64,000 bases of DNA from Candidatus Latescibacterota bacterium. GTDB taxonomy: Bacteria; Latescibacterota; UBA2968; UBA8231. The notes below the pieces were generated by a model, which saw nothing but the letters and a program-made list of their open reading frames with translations, had not been told where the DNA came from and did no database searches. This document shows positions 57,419 to 64,000 of this stretch, piece by piece. The translations under genes were made by a program, and so were the position numbers. The DNA lies in assembly GCA_965204725.1 (NCBI GenBank), contig OZ242005.1, positions 3,936,001 through 4,000,000 on the forward strand, read 5' to 3'. How positions within the stretch are numbered: the first letter of the stretch is position 1; each line of letters opens with the position of its first letter.

Positions 57419-58396
57419 TTATGCGCGCAAGTACCCGGCGACCTCTTTGGCGAAATAAGTCAAAATCATGTCCGCACCGGCTCGCTTGATCCCAGTCAAC
57501 ACTTCCATGATGGCCTGCTCGCGCTCGACCCACCCCCGCTCTGCGGCCGCCACAATCATCCCGAACTCGCCGGAGACGTTGTACGCGGCAATGGGCACGT
57601 CAAAGGCTTGGCGAGCGGCGGCGATTACGTCGAGATAGGCCAGCGCTGGCTTGACCATCACCACATCGGCTCCTTCCGCAATATCGAGCGCGATCTCCTT
57701 GAGCGCCTCGCGGCCATTGGCTGGGTCCATCTGATAGCTCTTCTTGTCGCCCTTCTTGGGTGCCGACTGGAGCGCGTCGCGGAACGGGCCGTAAAAGCAC
57801 GAAGCATACTTGGCCGAATACGCCAAGATGCCGACGTTTTTATAACCGGCCGCGTCGAGGGCTTGGCGGATCCCGCCGACCCGGCCATCCATCATGTCTG
57901 AAGGCGCGACCCAATCGACGCCCGCTTCGGCGTGCGAAAGAGCCATCTTGCACAACACCTCTACGGTCTCGTCGTTGACGACCTCGCCATTGACGACCAA
58001 GCCGTCGTGGCCGTGGTAGGTATAAGGGTCGAGGGCCACATCGGTCTGCACACAGAGCGCGGGCACTGCGGCTTTGAGGCTGCGAATCGCTCGTTGGATC
58101 AAGCCCTGCGGGTCGTAGGACTGGGTGGCTTGATCGTCCTTTTGATCCGAGTAGCCGAAGAGGTTGACCGCAGGGACGCCCAACTCCCACAGCGCACGGC
58201 ATTCATCAACCAACTCGTCGATCGAAAAGCGATATTGGCCGGGCATGTCGTCGATGGGAACGCGCATTTTTTCGCCTTCAGTGACAAACAGCGGGCAGAT
58301 TAGGTCATCAACGCGCAAATGGGTCTCGCGCACCAAGCTACGCACCGCTGCTGAGCACCGGAGTCGTCGAGGTCTTTTCCTCAATTCCACGGCCAT
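57419..58396 (-). CDS. hemB: Porphobilinogen synthase (Asp-rich, non-Zn type)
   Basis: DVALDPYT.HGHDG, PSDMMDGR, FYGPFR, MVKP, YNVSGE. Confidence 0.96.
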   Translation of the reverse strand: MAVELRKRPRRLRCSAAVRSLVRETHLRVDDLICPLFVTEGEKMRVPIDDMPGQYRFSIDELVDECRALWELGVPAVNLFGYSDQKDDQATQSYDPQGLIQRAIRSLKAAVPALCVQTDVALDPYTYHGHDGLVVNGEVVNDETVEVLCKMALSHAEAGVDWVAPSDMMDGRVGGIRQALDAAGYKNVGILAYSAKYASCFYGPFRDALQSAPKKGDKKSYQMDPANGREALKEIALDIAEGADVVMVKPALAYLDVIAAARQAFDVPIAAYNVSGEFGMIVAAAERGWVEREQAIMEVLTGIKRAGADMILTYFAKEVAGYLRA

Positions 58397-58399
58397 CTC

Positions 58400-58507
58400 C
58401 TACGCGCCGCGCACGAGACGGTGCCATTCAGCGATGGCCCGCGAATGTTCATCGTCGTCGGCGTCGAGAACTGCGTAAAGCGCGGAGGTATCGACGAGGA
58501 CGCTCAC
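58400..58507 (-). pseudogene. N-terminal remnant of a VapC PIN toxin (35 aa)
   Basis: GTG overlapping the antitoxin stop: MSVLVDTSALYAVLDADDDEHSRAIAEWHRLVRGA*. Confidence 0.8.
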
Positions 58508-58755
58508 CTGCGGTAAGCCTCCTGCAGGTAGAGGTCGTGTTGCGAAGCCCCATCGCCGCGGCCGGATCGGAATTGGCCGGCCACCGCGATCGCACGTTCG
58601 ATGCGTTCGTCATCGGTCGCGGCTGTCTCCGCCGAACGCAAAAGGAGGTCAACCCCTTGGCGAATCACCGTCGCCATCGAAACCTGCCGCTCAGCGGCGA
58701 TCCGCTTGACGTGCCGCGCCTGTTCGTCGGTCAGTTGAATCTGTGTGCGAATCAC
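58504..58755 (-). CDS. CopG/RHH antitoxin
   Basis: MIRTQIQLT...VSMATVIR...GQFRSG...HDLYL; GGAG RBS. Confidence 0.8.
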   Translation of the reverse strand: MIRTQIQLTDEQARHVKRIAAERQVSMATVIRQGVDLLLRSAETAATDDERIERAIAVAGQFRSGRGDGASQHDLYLQEAYRR

Positions 58756-58897
58756 TTGAATAGCTCCATGTTATCACATCATGTCACAATGATAACAAAT
58801 CGCCTAGCGGAAGCAATCCGACGCTTGGTTGGCAAGTTGATCTAACGTTTCTGACTGTGCATCTTCTGCAAACTTCAGTATCGAATCTCGAAAGCCA

Positions 58898-59587
58898 ATG
58901 AGCCATTCCGTCCGACGCCATCTGCGCGTTGAAATTGATGCGTACGATAAGATCATCCGCGCCTTTGTTCCCGCCTACGAGGAGATGCTGGCACGTGCCG
59001 CGGATGCCGTTGCCGAAATCGAGCCGAAAAAAGTGATTGATCTCGGCGCGGGCACCGGCGCGTTGGCGCAAGCTGTATTGCGGCGATGTGAGGGGGCCAA
59101 GGTCGAGCTAATCGACGCCGATGCCGAGATGCTCGCGCAGGCCCGCGAGCGGCTCGCCCCTTTTGCGGGCCGAGTGCAGTACACAGTGCGAGCGTTCCAA
59201 GGCCCGCTACCTACCTGCGACGCAGTGGTCGCCTCCCTCGCGCTACACCACGTTCCCACAATGGCTGAAAAACGAACGATCTTCGGCGCGATTTACGCCG
59301 CGTTGCGACCGGGCGGCGTATTCGTCAACGCGGATGCGACCATGCCCCCCGATCCATCCGCTCGCCAAGCCGAATACGAGGCTTGGGCGGCCCACCTCGT
59401 CTCCTGCGGCATCGCCGAAGAGTGCGCCTATAGCCATTTTGAGAAATGGGCCGACGAGGACACCTACTTTCCGGTGGAAGACGAACTCGCCGCGCTGACG
59501 GACGCCGGTTTCGACACGGCCTGTCTATGGCGCGTCGTGCCTGTCACAGTCATAAAAGCGGCTAAAGCCCCTAAGAAGCGTTCTTAA
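58898..59587 (+). CDS. Class I SAM-dependent methyltransferase
   Basis: IDLGAGTG, SLALHH, LRPGGVF. Confidence 0.88.
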   Translation: MSHSVRRHLRVEIDAYDKIIRAFVPAYEEMLARAADAVAEIEPKKVIDLGAGTGALAQAVLRRCEGAKVELIDADAEMLAQARERLAPFAGRVQYTVRAFQGPLPTCDAVVASLALHHVPTMAEKRTIFGAIYAALRPGGVFVNADATMPPDPSARQAEYEAWAAHLVSCGIAEECAYSHFEKWADEDTYFPVEDELAALTDAGFDTACLWRVVPVTVIKAAKAPKKRS

Positions 59588-59630
59588 CACTCCTGTTGCT
59601 TTTGGCTCGTCGTGCCTGACGACGCGAGGG

Positions 59631-59657
59631 GTCATTCCCGCGAACGCGGGAATCCAG
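59631..59657. repeat. dRS3-like / REP palindrome ATTCCC-N8-GGGAAT
   Basis: GTCATTCCCGCGAACGCGGGAATCCAG, intergenic. Confidence 0.7.
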
Positions 59658-59805
59658 AAAAGGACCCAGCCCAATCAGAATAAGAACGCTTCTAAGTGAG
59701 TGCGGCTTGGCATCGCCGCTGATGATTGGCCACAAATTTGGCCTCGGCCCGTCGCGCCCTTACTTTTTCAGGCCACCATTCACCGCAGCCCCGAGCCGAG
59801 CTATT

Positions 59806-61551
59806 ATGACAGCCCAAGCCTTCGCCGTCCTCCTCCTATTCGCCTTACCCCTGCAAGCCAAAACTCGGATTGAAGCAGCTTATGCAGCCGGCGAACTCGA
59901 CTTGGAAACGGCCTTGATCTACCAAGTTCTCAGCGTACGCGCTCCCGACCAACTGCCGGCCGTGTACCGAGAGTCTGGCGAGCGGGCGGTTTGCGGAACC
60001 CCGCACCTAGTCCAAGCCATGAGCGCGGCCCCCGAGCTGAGTGCCGAGTACCGCACGCGCTTGGGCAAGCTGGCGCAGCGTCGGCCGGATGTCCAACACA
60101 ATCTCCTCTCGCCATCCGGGCGCTTTCGCGTCCATTACGATACCCAAGGCGTCAACGCGGTTTCGCCTACGGACGACGACGCCAACAACATCCCGGACTA
60201 CATCGACCTCACTATGGCCGTCCTCGACAGCATTTGGGTCCTCGAAATCGAGCAACTCGGCTACAATCCACCTCCTTCGGACAACGGCTTGGGCGGTGGA
60301 GACGAATACGACGCTTACGTCGTCGAGCTAAACGGGAGCTATTACGGGTTCGCCTATCCTCAGACGGCCGGCGCGATCACTACCCACAGCTACCTCGAAA
60401 TCGACAACGACTTTACCGATCCGGGCTATAAGCAGACTCGGGGGCTGGACGCCCTGCGGGTGACCATCGCCCACGAGTTCCACCACGCCATTCAGTTCGG
60501 CTACTACGCGAAATTCGACGGCAGTTGGTGGCAGGAATCAACCTCGACTTGGATGGAGGAAGTGGCCTATCCGCACATCGACGATTATCTCCAGTACTTG
60601 ACCTACTTCCTCAGCGAACCCCAACGCGCCTTCAACTCCGGCGTTTATCGCAGCCTCCACACCTACGGCTCGGCGATCTTTTCTTATTTCCTCGATCAGC
60701 GCTACGGCCGCGCACTCAACCGCCAGATCTGGGAGGAAATAGGCGAGCGCAAAAGCGTCCACCTCGACCACTTCGACCGCGTCCTCCGCCAAGTCGAGCC
60801 GGGCGGCCTCGGCGTCGCCGTGGGCGAATTTGCCGTGTGGAACTATTTCACGAACAACCGACACCGAGACCAATTCTACGCCGAAGGAGACAAATACCCC
60901 ACCGTCCCCACCCGCGACATTGCCGTCGCAGCCGAATCAGTCAGCCGCGACACCAGCCTGATCCATCCCACCGGCAGCGTCTATCTGCGTCTTCAGCCGC
61001 ACCTGCGCCCGGGCGGCGTCAACCTGTTCTGGGACGCCGACCAAGGGGCGTGGCGTCGCCATTTGCTCTTGATCAGCCCCGACAGCGTCGCCGTGCAAGC
61101 GATCTCCGAGCCGACGACCCAAATCATCGACTGGGATCGGTTCGACGAGATCGTCCTCGTCGCCTCGTCGGCCGAGCACACGGGCTTGGCCTACCAGCAC
61201 TTCTTTACCGCGCAGTTCGACCCCAGCCTGACCGACCCCGGCCAATCAGCCCCCCTCGCCACCCTACTCCAGCCCAACTACCCCAACCCTTTCCGCCCCG
61301 GCCACCACCAGCACACCCGATTGGCCTTCGACTTAGCTTTCCCCAGCCGAAAAACCCGCCTCGCGCTCTTTACCGCCAACGGCACACTCGTCTGGGAGCA
61401 AGACTTAGGTGAGCGGCGGGCAGACGAACACGCCGTGCTGTGGGATGGGCGCAACGCCGCCGGCCATCCCGTCGCCAGCGGCATCTATCACCTGCTCCTC
61501 GAAGCCGACGGCACAGCCGCCAAGCGCACGATAGCGGTAGTGCGCGATTGA
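59806..61551 (+). CDS. Secreted HExxH metalloprotease (MXAN_6640-like) with an FlgD-Ig C-terminus, copy 1
   Basis: Signal peptide, CGTP, FRVHYD, AHEFHHAIQ, WWQESTSTWMEE, NYPNPF..WDGRN..ASGIY. Confidence 0.8.
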   Translation: MTAQAFAVLLLFALPLQAKTRIEAAYAAGELDLETALIYQVLSVRAPDQLPAVYRESGERAVCGTPHLVQAMSAAPELSAEYRTRLGKLAQRRPDVQHNLLSPSGRFRVHYDTQGVNAVSPTDDDANNIPDYIDLTMAVLDSIWVLEIEQLGYNPPPSDNGLGGGDEYDAYVVELNGSYYGFAYPQTAGAITTHSYLEIDNDFTDPGYKQTRGLDALRVTIAHEFHHAIQFGYYAKFDGSWWQESTSTWMEEVAYPHIDDYLQYLTYFLSEPQRAFNSGVYRSLHTYGSAIFSYFLDQRYGRALNRQIWEEIGERKSVHLDHFDRVLRQVEPGGLGVAVGEFAVWNYFTNNRHRDQFYAEGDKYPTVPTRDIAVAAESVSRDTSLIHPTGSVYLRLQPHLRPGGVNLFWDADQGAWRRHLLLISPDSVAVQAISEPTTQIIDWDRFDEIVLVASSAEHTGLAYQHFFTAQFDPSLTDPGQSAPLATLLQPNYPNPFRPGHHQHTRLAFDLAFPSRKTRLALFTANGTLVWEQDLGERRADEHAVLWDGRNAAGHPVASGIYHLLLEADGTAAKRTIAVVRD

Positions 61552-61586
61552 AGGGATCAAACTCGCCAGCCGACATCTAAGAGTCC

Positions 61587-61634
61587 GGGAGGGAGGGCGT
61601 CCCGCCCTCCACGAGGACAGGATGTCCTCGATCC
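61587..61634. repeat. REP-like double hairpin between the paralogues
   Basis: GGAGGGCGTCCCGCCCTCC followed by GAGGACAGGATGTCCTC. Confidence 0.5.
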
Positions 61635-61666
61635 TTAGGAAGGCGGGTATCGCGGGGAATTATTCC

Positions 61667-63373
61667 ATGCTTCTGACGCTGGTTATCGGAATAGTGCTCT
61701 TTACAGCACATAGCAATCACGCGGAAGCACCGACGCAGCACTCCCCGACCGCGCTGCGCTGCGGCACCCCCTACTTGCTCCAAGCTATGGACGAGATCAG
61801 CGAGCACCAGCGTCTAAAACTCGTGCAGCAGCGACCTAGCACTCAGCACAGCTTGCTAACGCCCTCCGGCCATTTCCGCGTCCACTACGACACTGAGGGC
61901 AGCGACGCGGTTGATCCCGACGATGACGATACCAACGGCATCCCGGACTACATCGACCTAGCGGCCACTGTCCTTGATAGCACTTGGGCGTTGGAAGTCG
62001 AACAACTCGGCTACAACTCGCCTCCTTCGGACAACGGCTTGGGCGGTGGCGACGAATACGATGTTTACGTTATAGACTTAAACGGCGTCGTTTACGGCTA
62101 CACCTATAGAGGAGAACAAAGCGGATACACCTCCCACAGCTACATTGAAATCGACAACAACTTTACCGATCCGGGCTACAAGCAGACTCGCGGGCTAGAC
62201 GCTCTGCGCGTGACCATCGCCCACGAGTTTCACCACGCCATCCAATTTGGTTACTACGCGAAGGCCGACGGCTGTTGGTGGCAGGAATCGACCGCAACGT
62301 GGATGGAGGAAATGGCCTATCCGCACATCGACGATTATCTCCAGTACTTGCCCCACTTTCTCGATGAACCCTACCTCGCCCTCAACTCCGGTGCGTGTGG
62401 CAGCAACCACACCTACGGCTCTGCCATATTTTCCCACTTCCTCGATCAGCACTACGGCCCCGCGCTCAAACCCCTGATCCGGGAAGAGTTGAAACAGCAC
62501 CCACCGAATCGCATCGCGCTACGGGCACGGTCGCATCTCAACCGCCTGATCTGGGAGGAAATAGGCGAGCGCAAAAGCGTCCACCTCGACCACTTCGACC
62601 GCGTCCTCCGCCAAGTCGAGCCGGGCGGACTCGGCGTCGCCGTGGGCGAATTTGCCGTCTGGAACTATTTCACCAACAACCGCCACCGAGACCAATTCTA
62701 CGCCGAAGGGGACAAATACCCCACCGTCCCCACCCGCGACATTGCCGTCGCAGCCGAAGCGGTCAGCCGCGACACCAGCCTAATCCATGCCACCGGCAGC
62801 GTCTATCTGCGTCTTCAGCCGCACCTGCGCCCGGGCGGCGTCAACCTGTTCTGGGACGCCGACCAAGGGGCGTGGCGTCGCCATTTGCTCTTGATCGGCC
62901 CCGACAGCGTCGCCATCCAAGCGGTCTCCGAGCCGACAGTCCAAATCATCGACTGGGACCGGTTCGACGAGATCGTCCTCGTCGCCTCGTCGGCCGAGCG
63001 CACGGGCTTGGCCTACCAGCACTTCTTTGCCGCACAGTTCGACCCCAGTCTGACCGACCCCGGCCAATCAGCCCCTCTCGCCACCCTCCTCCAGCCCAAC
63101 TACCCCAACCCCTTCCGCCCCGGCCACCACCAGCACACTCGGCTGGCCTTCGACTTAGCCTTCCCCAGCCAAAAAACCCGCCTCGCGCTCTTTACCGCCA
63201 ACGGCACACTCGTCTGGGAGCAAGACTTAGGCGAGCGTCGGGCGGACGAACACGCCGTGCTGTGGGATGGGCGCAACGCCGCCGGCCATCCTGTCGCCAG
63301 CGGCATCTACCACCTGCTCCTTGAAGCCGACGGCACCGCCGCCAAGCGCACGATAGCGGTAGTGCGCGATTGA
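61667..63373 (+). CDS. Secreted HExxH metalloprotease with an FlgD-Ig C-terminus, copy 2
   Basis: Same motifs as copy 1; 3' ~830 bp near-identical; start 61667 preferred over 61622, which lies inside the repeat. Confidence 0.8.
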   Translation: MLLTLVIGIVLFTAHSNHAEAPTQHSPTALRCGTPYLLQAMDEISEHQRLKLVQQRPSTQHSLLTPSGHFRVHYDTEGSDAVDPDDDDTNGIPDYIDLAATVLDSTWALEVEQLGYNSPPSDNGLGGGDEYDVYVIDLNGVVYGYTYRGEQSGYTSHSYIEIDNNFTDPGYKQTRGLDALRVTIAHEFHHAIQFGYYAKADGCWWQESTATWMEEMAYPHIDDYLQYLPHFLDEPYLALNSGACGSNHTYGSAIFSHFLDQHYGPALKPLIREELKQHPPNRIALRARSHLNRLIWEEIGERKSVHLDHFDRVLRQVEPGGLGVAVGEFAVWNYFTNNRHRDQFYAEGDKYPTVPTRDIAVAAEAVSRDTSLIHATGSVYLRLQPHLRPGGVNLFWDADQGAWRRHLLLIGPDSVAIQAVSEPTVQIIDWDRFDEIVLVASSAERTGLAYQHFFAAQFDPSLTDPGQSAPLATLLQPNYPNPFRPGHHQHTRLAFDLAFPSQKTRLALFTANGTLVWEQDLGERRADEHAVLWDGRNAAGHPVASGIYHLLLEADGTAAKRTIAVVRD

Positions 63374-63452
63374 GGAGCCATCTGCAAGTTCCAGCGTTGA
63401 CTATCGCGCTGTGATGACATACAGTAATGCCCAAATTATATGTCATCTATGG

Positions 63453-63812
63453 AGGCAACTGATGCAAACCAAGATCACTCTACGCCTAGAGGAGCAATTG
63501 ATCGAACGCGCTAAGGCTCACGCCAAAAAGCGGGGCAAGTCCGTATCGCAGATGGTGGCCGACTATTTCGCGCTGCTGGACCGGGACGATCAACCGGAGA
63601 CCTTGGCACCGATCACTCGTTCTTTATACGGCACCTTAGGGGGCACTGCGGTCAACGAGAATACATACCGCGAACATCTCGAGGAAAATGTCCAGCCACA
63701 GGCCCACCATACTCACCGCACCAAGGAAGTCCGGTTGGGAGGTTGCCTGATCGATAGCATTGACGATGTTGCTCAAGCCCTGTCCATCGCAGAGGGAGAA
63801 GACGCTCAGTGA
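63453..63812 (+). CDS. Antitoxin, apparently a chimera of two antitoxin types
   Basis: GGAGG RBS; MQTKITLRLE...KSVSQMV..YF...YREHLEE, then LGGCLIDSIDDVAQALSIAEGE. Confidence 0.65.
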   Translation, partial: RQLMQTKITLRLEEQLIERAKAHAKKRGKSVSQMVADYFALLDRDDQPETLAPITRSLYGTLGGTAVNENTYREHLEENVQPQAHHTHRTKEVRLGGCLIDSIDDVAQALSIAEGEDAQ

Positions 63813-64000
63813 GGCTGGTCGATGCCAACCTCTTGGTATATGCTCATGTCGTCGACTTTGCCCAACACCGCGCTGCACTCACTTGGCTCGACGACAAGCT
63901 AAACGACACAACGCCACTCGGTCTGCCGTGGTCCAGCCTGCTGGCATTCGCCCGTCTAGTATCCAATCCCCGCATTTTTGAACGCCCCGAATCCATAGAA
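63809..64000 (+). CDS. vapC: VapC PIN toxin, running off the right edge
   Basis: GTGA coupling; MRLVDANLLVYAH...WL...GLPWSSLLAFARLVSNPRIFERP. Confidence 0.85.
   Translation, partial: MRLVDANLLVYAHVVDFAQHRAALTWLDDKLNDTTPLGLPWSSLLAFARLVSNPRIFERPESIE

Noticed and set aside
60715-63373. Diversity-generating retroelement template/variable repeats
   Set aside because: Both copies are coding, the mismatches are not adenine-specific and no reverse transcriptase is in the window.

Overview
GC-rich diderm bacterial DNA. FlgD-Ig/T9SS-like C-termini and a 'SWGQIK' tail suggest a Latescibacterota/Gemmatimonadota-like host, which is inference only. The backbone carries housekeeping genes (ftsY with a 1-nt frameshift, queG, rseP, cdsA, uppS, dusB, moaA, hemB), a FolC fused to an ATP-grasp domain, and a molybdo-hydroxylase (Cox-type) cluster split into two halves. 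The main discovery is a ~21.6-kb island (27300-49003) bounded by a 55-bp diverged direct repeat of the mocA 3' end. It encodes a probable new RiPP system: a 65-aa precursor with a CLI_3235-like 'MKxLxKK...VQAY' leader and an acidic 4-Cys/3-Trp core, a subtilase-DUF1611 fusion, an ACP, a BtrH-like transferase, a CxxC protein, two rhodaneses, a beta-propeller, and ABC and paired RND exporters. It has no radical SAM enzyme. A PAS kinase/NarL pair lies at the island end, and three promoters each carry two 18-bp palindromes 33 bp apart. The window also holds an IS5-family element, an HATPase-STAS-membrane protein trio, four decayed or rearranged toxin-antitoxin loci and two tandem metalloprotease paralogues with near-identical 3' halves. 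All family assignments come from motif recognition by eye; no database search was run.
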